From an uncultured Sphingomonadales bacterium (GTDB taxonomy: Bacteria > Pseudomonadota > Alphaproteobacteria > Sphingomonadales > Sphingomonadaceae), in the NCBI GenBank assembly GCA_937898535.1, contig CALDKP010000171.1, positions 1 through 33,322 on the forward strand: DNA of 33,322 nt. Reading direction: 5' to 3'. This document shows positions 1-8,938 of the stretch, piece by piece. Position 1 is the first letter of the stretch, and each line of letters opens with the position of its first letter. The position numbers were made by a program, and so were the translations under genes. The notes under the pieces were generated by a model. That model had not been told where the DNA came from. It was given only the letters and a program-made list of their open reading frames with translations, and searched no databases.

Positions 1-51
1 ATACGAGATACAAGCTAGTGACTGGAGTTCAGACGTGTGCTCTTCCGATCT
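1..51 (+). other. Illumina TruSeq-type P7 adapter remnant with 8-nt index (library artifact)
   Basis: ATACGAGAT (end of P7, 1-9) + index ACAAGCTA (10-17) + exact GTGACTGGAGTTCAGACGTGTGCTCTTCCGATCT (18-51). Confidence 0.98.
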
Positions 52-91
52 GAGCTGTTCGGACGTTGGACTTCTGACTTTGTAGGCGCAT
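52..91 (-). CDS. Probable 5' end of a gene cut off by the contig end (MRLQSQKSNVRTA...), possibly an exported protein such as a TonB-dependent receptor
   Basis: Minus strand has a strong SD (AAGGGAGGG) 7 nt before ATG at 91. The basic N-terminus resembles a signal-peptide n-region, and the frame runs into the adapter. The product is a guess from context. Confidence 0.45.
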
Positions 92-212
92 GCAGCGACC
101 CTCCCTTGTTACCCTGAAATAAATAGGCTCCCAATTGCGCCCTCACGCAATATCTTTTCGCTCTATCCGCCGCTTGCATACAATTTTCAATCATTGTGTT
201 GCAACCCAGCAA

Positions 213-1820
213 CTATGCCACGGCAGGATAAATTTCCCACAAATTGCCAAGTGCACGCTTCAACGGACCAAGATGCGCCGCATAAGGTTTCCATTGGTCA
301 ACGCCGTCGCGGTTGATGGGCCGGCGGACCTGCTCGCTCGATGCAGTGCGCACAGCGCGCTTGTTTTGGTGGAAATTCAGGCACGCATCTTCAAACGGCA
401 GCCCCAGATATTCGAGGAGATTGCGAATTTCTTGCTCCGGGTCTTCCAACAATTGTTCGTGAATGACGCGGTAAACATAGCCAGGCGCAACCGCATCAAA
501 ATGCGCCATCGCCCGCACATAATCCGCATAATATTGGCCCATATTGGCCAGATCATAACTGAACGCCTGCCCCTTGGCGAAATGCTGACGATAATTGGAG
601 AAGCAGCAATCAAGCGGGTGTCGCCGCGCATCAATGATTTTGGCGTTGGGCAAAATCAAACGGATGAATGCCAGATAATTCCAGTTATTGGGCAGCTTAT
701 CGATGAAAAATGGCTTGTCGGTTTTGCGTTGGATGCGCGTGCGCTCGATGAACTCTGCGCCAAGCCTTTCGGCATCATCGGCGGATAGTGCCACAGTCGC
801 ATCGATCCAGTCCGATCCGCGCCCATCACGCAGCGCCATGGCTGGAATGTCCGGCAGTTCCATAGTCCCCTCAACCATCGAATGGCTCGCAAGGATTTGC
901 TCGATCAGCGTCGAACCCGCACGCGGCATGCCGATGATGAAGATCGGGTCTGGCGCCTGATGCCCCTGCCCCGCGCGCGCTTCCCAAAATGGAGTGGTGA
1001 ACTGGGCAATGATCTGATCGACCTGTGCGCTTACGCTTTGCGGATCATAGTTCAGCTCCGCGCTGCGCAGCGCGTTGCCCTTGGCATAATGTGCAAAGGC
1101 AGCGGTATGATCTGCGCGCTCTTCGCTTGCCTTGCCCAGCGCAAAATGCAGATGAAACGCGTCCTCCGAAACCAACCCGGCCGATGTTAAAGCGGTCTCC
1201 ATCGCCGCAACATCGTCGTCCGAAAACTGGTAGGTTTTTAAATTGGCAAGGCTCCAATACACTTCGCCCAGCGTTGGTTCCACCGATATGGCGTGACGAT
1301 ATGCCGCAACGCTTTCGTCCTGATTACCGACGGTTTTGAGCATATGGCCATAGCTCATCCACAATTTGGCATGATCGGGGAAGCGCGCGGTCAGTTCCTG
1401 ATACAGCGCAATCGCTTCTGCATAGCCGCCAATCTGTCCCAGTGCCGCAGCCTTCAAATTTTGCTGCACCGGATTGTCACCCTCTTCCGCGAGCACCGCA
1501 TTCAAATGCTCAAGCGCCTCTGGAAACCGGTTCTGTTTGTACAATACCGTTGCCAGATTGGCACGCGCAGCACCAAAGTCAGGCGTCAGCTCAAGCGCGC
1601 GGCGAAGCAATGCCTCGCTATCTTTCAACCGGCCCACACGCGCGGCCAATTCCGCCATCATGCGAATGGCGGCAACATCGGTCGGCGCATCACGCAAATG
1701 ACCGCGCAACAGCGGCTCTGCATCCTCCAACCTGTTTTCGGAAAGCGCGACAGCCGCCGCCATAAGGTTCGGATTGCGCAGAGCAGCTTCGATAGCGGGG
1801 CGGGCAGATGTTGGGTTCAT
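213..1820 (-). CDS. Tetratricopeptide-repeat sulfotransferase family protein
   Basis: N-terminal TPR-like helical repeats. C-terminal PAPS-binding loop IFIIGMPRAGSTLIEQILASH, plus DKLPNN, RHPLDCCFSNY and TASSEQVRRPI motifs. Confidence 0.92.
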   Translation of the reverse strand: MNPTSARPAIEAALRNPNLMAAAVALSENRLEDAEPLLRGHLRDAPTDVAAIRMMAELAARVGRLKDSEALLRRALELTPDFGAARANLATVLYKQNRFPEALEHLNAVLAEEGDNPVQQNLKAAALGQIGGYAEAIALYQELTARFPDHAKLWMSYGHMLKTVGNQDESVAAYRHAISVEPTLGEVYWSLANLKTYQFSDDDVAAMETALTSAGLVSEDAFHLHFALGKASEERADHTAAFAHYAKGNALRSAELNYDPQSVSAQVDQIIAQFTTPFWEARAGQGHQAPDPIFIIGMPRAGSTLIEQILASHSMVEGTMELPDIPAMALRDGRGSDWIDATVALSADDAERLGAEFIERTRIQRKTDKPFFIDKLPNNWNYLAFIRLILPNAKIIDARRHPLDCCFSNYRQHFAKGQAFSYDLANMGQYYADYVRAMAHFDAVAPGYVYRVIHEQLLEDPEQEIRNLLEYLGLPFEDACLNFHQNKRAVRTASSEQVRRPINRDGVDQWKPYAAHLGPLKRALGNLWEIYPAVA

Positions 1821-2413
1821 TGCAGACGGTCTATGCGATGAAACGAAACTTTTGAAGCGGCCAAATCATCTGGCGTATCAATGTCGCATAATGTGCCCGC
1901 AGGTGCGGTCAGTTTTTCTGCATCGGCCAGAATATGCCGCGCGCCAGAATCCCCCGCTGTCGCCAGCAAAGCTGGCCAATGCGCGCGTGGAAATATCGCG
2001 GGCGGCATGGGCTGGTGTCCGTCAAAAGATGCCACCACATTATCGGTGCAAGCCGCAATCAGCGCCTCGACATGCGCAGCCTGCACGAACGGCATATCGG
2101 CCAGCGCAATCAGCAACGCCTGCGCATCGGTGCGCAACGCCGCCTCAACCGCGAGATGGAGCGAGCCCGATAGCCCGATTCCGGGATTCGGGTTGTCGAC
2201 AATATCAAATCCCAAACGACTATAATGCGCTGCAATAATTGCGTCGGGCTGACACACCGCGAAATGCGCTGCTGCCGCAACGCGGGCCAGTTCATGCGCC
2301 GCACGCGCACCAAGTGGCGCACCTTCAAATTCTGCCATCAACTTATCAGAACCAAAACGCCGCGCATTGCCAGCCGCCAGCAGGACGATTGCCACGTCCT
2401 TCGCCTGCATCAC
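1817..2413 (-). CDS. mocA: Molybdenum cofactor nucleotidyltransferase (MocA-like cytidylyltransferase)
   Basis: LLAAGNARRFGSDK, LADMPFV, GDSGAR and DIDTPDD motifs. Adjacent to xdhC and a xanthine-oxidase-family enzyme. Confidence 0.82.
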   Translation of the reverse strand: MMQAKDVAIVLLAAGNARRFGSDKLMAEFEGAPLGARAAHELARVAAAAHFAVCQPDAIIAAHYSRLGFDIVDNPNPGIGLSGSLHLAVEAALRTDAQALLIALADMPFVQAAHVEALIAACTDNVVASFDGHQPMPPAIFPRAHWPALLATAGDSGARHILADAEKLTAPAGTLCDIDTPDDLAASKVSFHRIDRLQ

Positions 2414-3348
2414 CGCAAGCCTTGGTTAAACGCGCGGATCATGCCGCCCGCGATAGATAGCGCGATTTCGGGCGCGCTAATGGCGTTAATCGCCACGCCC
2501 GCTGGCCCCTCAATGCGCGCGCATTGTTCTGCAGTTACACCCGCCGCCGAGAGCCGCGCAAGACGTGCCTGATGCGACCGGACGGAACCGAGCGCAGCGA
2601 CATAGGCCGCAGGGCTCGCCAGCGCCGCCGCCAGCGCAGGGTCGTCGATTTTGGGATCATGGCTAAGCGTCACAATCGCGCTTCGGCTATCGGGCGCAAA
2701 AGCTTTGACCGCGTCGTCGGGCCAACGGTCATCCAACCGAATGCCGGGAAAGCGCTCCGCCGTTAAAAACCGCCCGCGCGGGTCACACAATGTGACATCC
2801 ACCCCTTGCGATGTCGCGATGGCGGCAAGGGCCGATGCAATTTCGACGGCGCCTACAATCAGCAAACGGCGCGGCGGATGGTAAATATTAACAAAGCCAG
2901 CACCCGCATCATCGTCCAGCACAGCACTTCGGCCTGTTTCCAAATCCGTCACAACCGACAGCGCCGCACCCGCAGAGCGCGCCTTGATGATGTCGGCAAA
3001 CAGATGCGCCGGAAAACCATCGGCGGAAACAGGCTGGACCAGCACCTGAATATCCCCGCCACAGGGCAGGCCCACGTCCCACGCAGCATCGTCGGCAATG
3101 CCATATCGGCGCAGCACAGACGGTGCGCCTGCCAAAACCATGTGTGCCCGTTCAAGGACGTCGCCCTCGACACAGCCGCCAGAAACCGAACCCACAAAGC
3201 GCCCGTCCGCATGCACAAGCATATGGGTGCCGACGGGGCATGGCGCGGATTTCCAGGTTTCGACCACCGTCGCAATCGCCATAGGCGCGCCTGCCCAGTC
3301 AATTGCGGCGGCAAGGATACGGTCATGGTTGGCGCTGCCCATAGTCAT
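2410..3348 (-). CDS. xdhC: XdhC/CoxI family molybdenum cofactor chaperone
   Basis: ATVVETWKSAPCPVG, GSVSGGCVEG, VGLPCGG, LSHDPKIDD, YVAALGS and PEIALSI motifs. Confidence 0.93.
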   Translation of the reverse strand: MTMGSANHDRILAAAIDWAGAPMAIATVVETWKSAPCPVGTHMLVHADGRFVGSVSGGCVEGDVLERAHMVLAGAPSVLRRYGIADDAAWDVGLPCGGDIQVLVQPVSADGFPAHLFADIIKARSAGAALSVVTDLETGRSAVLDDDAGAGFVNIYHPPRRLLIVGAVEIASALAAIATSQGVDVTLCDPRGRFLTAERFPGIRLDDRWPDDAVKAFAPDSRSAIVTLSHDPKIDDPALAAALASPAAYVAALGSVRSHQARLARLSAAGVTAEQCARIEGPAGVAINAISAPEIALSIAGGMIRAFNQGLR

Positions 3349-3417
3349 GGCAATGCGCTAGCAAAGAGGCAGGAGCGTTGCTATATGAAACGCAGATTTG
3401 GGTAGGAGCTTATTCGC

Positions 3418-3909
3418 ATGGCAATTCAGACGTCGATCAACGGCAAGCCAGTGGCGCTTGCGGCGGAGCCGGACACGCCGTTGCTTTGGGTTATCCGCGA
3501 AGAGCTTGGCCTAACCGGTACAAAATTCGGATGCGGGGTTGCGGCTTGCGGCGCGTGCACCGTCCATGTGAATGGCGAACCCACCCGTTCATGCAGCGTT
3601 CCCGTAAGCGAAGTCGCAGGTAAATCGATCACCACCATCGAAGGCCTGAAATCTGCGGACGGTACGCTCCACGCCGTCCAGCAAGCGTGGATTTCTGCGC
3701 AGGTTCCGCAATGCGGCTATTGCCAGTCCGGGCAGATTATGGCCGCTGTGGCGCTCATCGAAAAAACGGGCAGCCCAAGCGATGCACAAATTGATGAGGC
3801 GATGACCAACATCTGCCGCTGCGGCACCTATCCGCGCATTCGCAAGGCGATTCATGCCGCGACCGGGCAAGCGGCGAAAGCGGCGAAACCTGCAGAAGGA
3901 GCGGCATAA
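3418..3909 (+). CDS. 2x[2Fe-2S] small subunit of an isoquinoline/aldehyde oxidoreductase (IorA-like)
   Basis: [27 protein letters not shown] and NICRCGTY motifs. SD AGGAG upstream. Confidence 0.94.
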   Translation: MAIQTSINGKPVALAAEPDTPLLWVIREELGLTGTKFGCGVAACGACTVHVNGEPTRSCSVPVSEVAGKSITTIEGLKSADGTLHAVQQAWISAQVPQCGYCQSGQIMAAVALIEKTGSPSDAQIDEAMTNICRCGTYPRIRKAIHAATGQAAKAAKPAEGAA

Positions 3910-6152
3910 TGGCTGACAACCCCACATCCGATATGCAAGAAGCCACGCCAGCAAAGCGCAAGGGCGTAAAACGCCGTGCCTTCCTCATTGGTGGTGTAGC
4001 GGTCGTCGGTGCCGGCCTGTTCGGTATCTCCATCGCCGACAGCAATGCCGCCAAATCCGCCAAGGCAAGCGTCGAAGCCGCAGGCGGCCACAGCTTTGCC
4101 ACATGGCTGAAAATTGGTGAGGATGACAGCATCACCATTTATTCGCCGCACACCGACATCGGTCAGGGTTCCAACACCGGTCTTGCGCAAATGCTGGCTG
4201 AAGAGCTGGATGCTGCGTGGGATCAGGTGCGCGTTGTTTCTGCACCCGCCGAACCGGCATTCGCCAATGTGGGGCTTGGACGCGCTTTCCTTGCCGATAT
4301 GACGGGCCAGCCTGCGATCATTAATGGCATTCCGCAATCATTTCTGTCCTTCATTGCGCGGCAAATGAACCTTCAGATGACCGGCGGCTCCACGGCTTTG
4401 CGCTTCACAGGCCGGGTGACGTTCCAAAATGTCGGGGCGGCGACGCGGCTTGCATTGATTGAAACGGCTGCCAAGCGGCTGGACGTTCCAGCCGATGAAC
4501 TGACGACACAGGACAGCCATGTCATCCATTCCAAATCCGGCCGTGCGTTGCGCTATGGCGAACTGGCGGCTGAAGCTGCAACCTTGTCGCTCGACAATGC
4601 GCCAAAGCTGAAGGATCCATCGCAATATCGCATCATGCGCCAATCGATGCAGCGGCTCGACATTCCCGCGAAGGTCGATGGCAGCGCGCAATATGGCATG
4701 GACTTTTCGGTTCCCGAAATGCGGGTCGCAACGATCATGGCAGCGCCTGTGCGTGGCGGCAAATTGACGTCCGTGGACACTGCGCCTGCCTTGGCGGTCA
4801 AAGGCGTCGAGAAGGTCATTAAGCTTGATGATGCGGTTGCTGTCGTGGCGAAAGGTTATTGGCCCGCCATTTCTGGCCTGCGCGCGCTCACACCAGAGTT
4901 TTCCGACGGCGGCAATGGCGGCATCTCGACCGCGTCCATTTTCAAGGCGCAGGATGACCTGATCGCCAAGGGCGAAGCCGATAGCACGGCCGGCGACGGT
5001 GATGTGCAGGCCGGACTTGGCGAAAAACCGATTGAAGCGACATATCAGGTGCCATTCCTGCACCACGCGATGATGGAGCCATTCGCCCTGACCGCCCATT
5101 TTAAGGATGGGAAGCTCAACATTTGGGGCGGCATGCAGGACCCACTTGCCACCAAGATGATGGCCGTCGACGTTTCCGGTCTCGACGCGGATGATGTGAC
5201 CTTCCACCCGATGATGATCGGTGGCAGCTTTGGCCGTCGTTTGCCGATGTATATGGAAATCGTCGCGCAGGTCACAAAGCTTGCGATGCAATTGCCGTAT
5301 CCGGTGAAGCTTATCTGGAGCCGTGAGGAAGAAGTCGCCCAAGGCGCCTATCGCCCCCAAAGCTCCGCCGCGTTGCAGGCGTCGTTGACCAAAGAAAAGC
5401 GGATAACGGCATATCGCAACGACTATGCCCAACCCGAAAGCGCCGAGAGCGAAACGGTATTTCCTTATACCCTTCCCGCCGTGTCGCGCCGGCACTTTGC
5501 GCATGTTTCGAACCAGCAAACCGGTGCATGGCGTTCAGTCAACTCGACACAGCAGGGCTTTTACAATGAAAGCTTCATGGATGAGCTGGCCCATGCCGCG
5601 GGCGAAGACCCCGTTGTATTTCGCCGCAACCATTTGAAAGCGGGATCGCGGCACTTGCGCGTCTTGGACGAAGTTGCCGCACGCAGCGGTTGGGGCTCCC
5701 CCCTTCCCGCAGGAACGGGTCGCGGCGTTGCATTGGTCGAAAGTTTCAGAACCATCGTCGCGCATGTGATCGAGGCGTCGGTCGGTGACGACGGCATGCC
5801 CAAAGTGCATAAGGTAACAACGGTCGTGGACGCCGGAAGCATTGTTAATCCGGACGCCGCCATGGCGCAGATTGAAGGCGGCACGATCATGGGGCTTTCG
5901 TCCGCCATTGGTGAGGCGATTACGCTTGAAAATGGCGCGGTTCAGCAAAGTAACTTGGCCGATTATCCGTTGCTGAAAATGGCAGGCGCGCCCTTGGTGA
6001 TGGATATCCATTTTCTCAACAGCGGTGCGGATATGGGCGGTATTGGCGAACCCGGCGTTCCTCCGGCTGCCCCTGCCTTGGCCAATGCGCTGTTCGCTGC
6101 CACCGGCAAACGCGTCCGCAATCTGCCCATCCTAACGCAAGCGAAGGCCTAA
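3909..6152 (+). CDS. Molybdopterin-binding large subunit (IorB-like, xanthine oxidase family) with twin-arginine signal
   Basis: KRRAFLIGG Tat motif; DIGQG, LAEELD, TGGST, GGSFGRR, AWRSV, QIEGG and GIGEPGVPP motifs. TAATG overlap with the small subunit. Confidence 0.93.
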   Translation: MADNPTSDMQEATPAKRKGVKRRAFLIGGVAVVGAGLFGISIADSNAAKSAKASVEAAGGHSFATWLKIGEDDSITIYSPHTDIGQGSNTGLAQMLAEELDAAWDQVRVVSAPAEPAFANVGLGRAFLADMTGQPAIINGIPQSFLSFIARQMNLQMTGGSTALRFTGRVTFQNVGAATRLALIETAAKRLDVPADELTTQDSHVIHSKSGRALRYGELAAEAATLSLDNAPKLKDPSQYRIMRQSMQRLDIPAKVDGSAQYGMDFSVPEMRVATIMAAPVRGGKLTSVDTAPALAVKGVEKVIKLDDAVAVVAKGYWPAISGLRALTPEFSDGGNGGISTASIFKAQDDLIAKGEADSTAGDGDVQAGLGEKPIEATYQVPFLHHAMMEPFALTAHFKDGKLNIWGGMQDPLATKMMAVDVSGLDADDVTFHPMMIGGSFGRRLPMYMEIVAQVTKLAMQLPYPVKLIWSREEEVAQGAYRPQSSAALQASLTKEKRITAYRNDYAQPESAESETVFPYTLPAVSRRHFAHVSNQQTGAWRSVNSTQQGFYNESFMDELAHAAGEDPVVFRRNHLKAGSRHLRVLDEVAARSGWGSPLPAGTGRGVALVESFRTIVAHVIEASVGDDGMPKVHKVTTVVDAGSIVNPDAAMAQIEGGTIMGLSSAIGEAITLENGAVQQSNLADYPLLKMAGAPLVMDIHFLNSGADMGGIGEPGVPPAAPALANALFAATGKRVRNLPILTQAKA

Positions 6153-6153
6153 T

Positions 6154-6750
6154 TTGCCGCACGCACGTTTGTTAAAGCCAACGGACAATCTGGAAATCGC
6201 CGAGACATTGGCGCGGGCGTTCCAGACCGAGACCGGATGGAGCTATGTCATTCCAGACGCAAAGCTGCGCGCGCAGCGGCTTGCCGGCGTGTTCCACCTG
6301 TTCTTGCGCGACGAACATCGCAAAGGCGCGGTGTATGGAACCGATGGCATAGAGGCCGTCACTTTATGGCGTGGTCCGGGGCAGGCCCGCGACAGCATGT
6401 TGGATACCGCGCGACTGATTGTGCCGTTCGTCCAGCAGCTGCGCTTTTCGATATTTCGCGGTCTCGAAGTCGCAGACCTCATCGAAAAGCATCTGCCGAA
6501 AGAGCCCGTCTGGTATTTACATTATGCGGGATGTGATCCGGCCTATCAGGGCAAGGGTTATGGCGGTGCTGCCATTCGTGCAGGTTTGGAACGGGCAGAT
6601 CAGGACGGATTACCCGCCTATCTGGAAACCGCGGACGAACATAATATCCCGTTATATCAAAGCTTTGGTTTTGCCATTAAGCATAGCTGGCAAGTGCCCG
6701 AAGGTCCGCAATTTTGGGGCATGCAACGCCCGGGCAAGACCCGCCACTAA
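6154..6750 (+). CDS. GNAT family N-acetyltransferase
   Basis: WYL...DPAYQGKGYG acetyl-CoA motif, AYLET and NIPLYQSFGF. TTG start 1 nt after the iorB-like stop; start codon uncertain. Confidence 0.88.
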   Translation: MPHARLLKPTDNLEIAETLARAFQTETGWSYVIPDAKLRAQRLAGVFHLFLRDEHRKGAVYGTDGIEAVTLWRGPGQARDSMLDTARLIVPFVQQLRFSIFRGLEVADLIEKHLPKEPVWYLHYAGCDPAYQGKGYGGAAIRAGLERADQDGLPAYLETADEHNIPLYQSFGFAIKHSWQVPEGPQFWGMQRPGKTRH

Positions 6751-6819
6751 ATAGCGCCAGCGGCCACAGCCGCTGAAGTCCTTGCCCTCCTTAGAAAAGC
6801 AGCGTAGCCCTCTGCGTAC

Positions 6820-6992
6820 GCACCAGGTCTGCGCGAGAGCGTGGATAATAGGGAAGCCGGTGGAAATCCGGCGCTGTTCCCGCAACTGTAACCGGCGAGC
6901 TTTTGCTCCATATGCCACTGGGGAAACGGGTAACCGTGAAACTGGGAAGGCGGGGCAAGAGCACTGACCCGGGAGCCAGGAGACCTGCCTGA
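6820..6992 (+). ncRNA. Cobalamin (AdoCbl) riboswitch
   Basis: AGGGAA (6850), GGTG-GAAATCC, CCCGCAACTGT (6879), GCCACTG (6914), TGGGAAGG (6943) and B12 box AGCCAGGAGACCTGCC (6974-6989). Directly upstream of btuB. Ends approximate. Confidence 0.96.
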
Positions 6993-7040
6993 TTGCGGTT
7001 TGTCCTTTGTGCTTGCGGGACACTGGCGCAATCGGGGTTT

Positions 7041-7081
7041 TCCTCCGCGTGACGACATTGTGTTGGACGTCATGCGAAGGA
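7041..7081 (+). promoter_or_regulatory. SD-sequestering hairpin (riboswitch expression platform)
   Basis: TCCT-C-CGCGTGACG (7041-7054) pairs with CGTCATGCG-A-AGGA (7068-7081), which covers the btuB SD. Confidence 0.7.
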
Positions 7082-7090
7082 GATAGATCC

Positions 7091-8938
7091 ATGACTTTTT
7101 TAAAATATACGGCCGCGGCGCTTGCGCTGCTGCCGACATCTGCAATTGCAGATGAATGGGACGACGTTATCGTTGTCACCGCGAGCGGATTTGAACAGCC
7201 GCGGTCAGAAACCGGACAAGCGGTCGATATTGTCGACCGCGAACGGCTCGACCAATTGCAAAGCGCCACCATCGGCGATGCCCTGCAAACCGTGCCCGGC
7301 GTTACCGTTGCGGCGCGCGGCGGGCTTGGCGGGCAGACCAGTGCGTTTTTGCGCGGCGGCAACAGTTCGCAGACGCTGGTGCTCATCGATGGTGTGCGGA
7401 TCAATGATCTCACCAGCCCCAATGGTGCGTTTGATTTTGGTTCGCTGATGACGGGCAATATTGGTCAGGTGGAAGTCCTGCGCGGTCCAAACTCAATCAT
7501 CTGGGGCAGCCAAGCGATTGGCGGCGTGATCAATATCCAGTCACTGGCCCCCGCCGATGGTTTCGAAGGACGCTTCGGCGCGGAATATGGTGCCGCCGAT
7601 ACCAAACGGATGAACGCCAACATTGCCAGAACCAGTGGCCTGTTCGAAGGCAGCTTTGGCGGGTCATATGCCGATAGTCGCGGCATTTCGGCGCTCGCGG
7701 GTGGAACCGAACGCGATGGCTTTGAAAATTTCGCGGGCAATGGTCGGTTGAAGGTCAACATCAGCGATGCCTTCAATCTCGATTTCCGCGGCTATTATAA
7801 CCAGGCGACGGTGGAATATGATTCCGCCTTTGGGATCGGCGCGAATGCCCTGCCCGTCACCCGCAACCGGCAGTTTGTCGGCTATGTCGGGGCGAATGTC
7901 GTTGCGTTCGACGGCCGCATGCAAAACCGCATTGCGTACACACGCACCGATATCAGGCGGCTTGGCACGGACCCCGTGGTGTTTAGTTTCAACAACTTCA
8001 TTGTCCGTGGCAGCATAGACCGCGCGGAATATCACACCGCGTTCGACGTCAACGACGCCCTGACCCTGACCGCTGGCTTGGAATATGAACGGTCGTTCGC
8101 CAGCACATCCTTTGAAGGCGCTGCAGCCGATGTCGCGCGCAACTATGTGACCAGCGGCTTTGGCCAGATTATCGTTCGTCCATTTGCCGGGCTGACGGTG
8201 ACGGGCGGGGTCCGGCATGACAAATACAACGATTATGGCGGGCAAACGACATTGGGCGGCAATATTGCCTTCACCCCCAATGATGGCCGCACCATGTTGC
8301 GCGCCACCTATGGCGAGGGCTTCCGCGCGCCGACGCTCAGCGAAGGTCAGCCACCTTATGGCAACCCCGACCTGCGGCCCGAAACTGCGCGCAATTTCGA
8401 CCTTGGTTTCGAACAGCAGATATTGGATGGAAAGGCGCGGTTTTTCGCGACCTATTTCAACCGGCGCAGTTCGGACTTGATCGCGTTCTCCTTTGCGACA
8501 TTTCAGTCCGAAAACATCGACCGCGTGAAATCAACCGGCGTGGAAGCTGGCTTCAACCTGAACCCCACCGACCGATTGGACATTCGGGCGAGCTACACGC
8601 TGGTCGACGCGGTTAACCGGTCAGCGGGTGCCAATTTCGGCAACCGACTGGCGCTACGTCCGCAACATAGCGGCAGCCTGACCGTCGACTGGCAAACGCC
8701 CATTGGCCTCTCGGTCGGCAGCAGTGTGTTGTTGATCGGCGATAGCTTTGACGATGCGTCAAACAGCGAAGCACTTGATGGCTATGCGTTGGTTGGCCTG
8801 CGGGCATCATTGCCGATTAACGACAGGCTTGAGCTTTATGGCCGCGTCGATAACATCTTCGATGTGCAGTATACTGTCGTGGCAGGATATAACAGCTTTG
8901 GCCGCAATGCCGCGGTTGGCGTCAGGGCCAAATTCTGA
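7091..8938 (+). CDS. btuB: TonB-dependent vitamin B12 receptor
   Basis: SD GAAGGAGA, then MTFLKY signal peptide. TonB box VIVVTAS, plug motifs LVLIDGVRIND and VEVLRGPNS, GNPDLRPE, C-terminal Phe. Under a B12 riboswitch. Confidence 0.92.
   Translation: MTFLKYTAAALALLPTSAIADEWDDVIVVTASGFEQPRSETGQAVDIVDRERLDQLQSATIGDALQTVPGVTVAARGGLGGQTSAFLRGGNSSQTLVLIDGVRINDLTSPNGAFDFGSLMTGNIGQVEVLRGPNSIIWGSQAIGGVINIQSLAPADGFEGRFGAEYGAADTKRMNANIARTSGLFEGSFGGSYADSRGISALAGGTERDGFENFAGNGRLKVNISDAFNLDFRGYYNQATVEYDSAFGIGANALPVTRNRQFVGYVGANVVAFDGRMQNRIAYTRTDIRRLGTDPVVFSFNNFIVRGSIDRAEYHTAFDVNDALTLTAGLEYERSFASTSFEGAAADVARNYVTSGFGQIIVRPFAGLTVTGGVRHDKYNDYGGQTTLGGNIAFTPNDGRTMLRATYGEGFRAPTLSEGQPPYGNPDLRPETARNFDLGFEQQILDGKARFFATYFNRRSSDLIAFSFATFQSENIDRVKSTGVEAGFNLNPTDRLDIRASYTLVDAVNRSAGANFGNRLALRPQHSGSLTVDWQTPIGLSVGSSVLLIGDSFDDASNSEALDGYALVGLRASLPINDRLELYGRVDNIFDVQYTVVAGYNSFGRNAAVGVRAKF

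Noticed and set aside
15-212. 65-aa minus-strand ORF ending DRKSTRLNSSH
   Set aside because: Its 3' end is translated Illumina adapter. The SD-supported start at 91 is in a different frame.
4338-5519. Long antisense ORFs (also 6652..7458, 15355..16344, 23955..24854 and others)
   Set aside because: Shadow frames of well-supported genes in GC-rich DNA, with no recognisable motifs.
6840-6848. DnaA-box-like CGTGGATAA
   Set aside because: Falls inside the cobalamin riboswitch aptamer; probably coincidental.
7007-7090. 28-aa N-terminal extension of btuB in the ORF track
   Set aside because: It lies in the riboswitch expression platform. The SD and signal peptide support ATG 7091.
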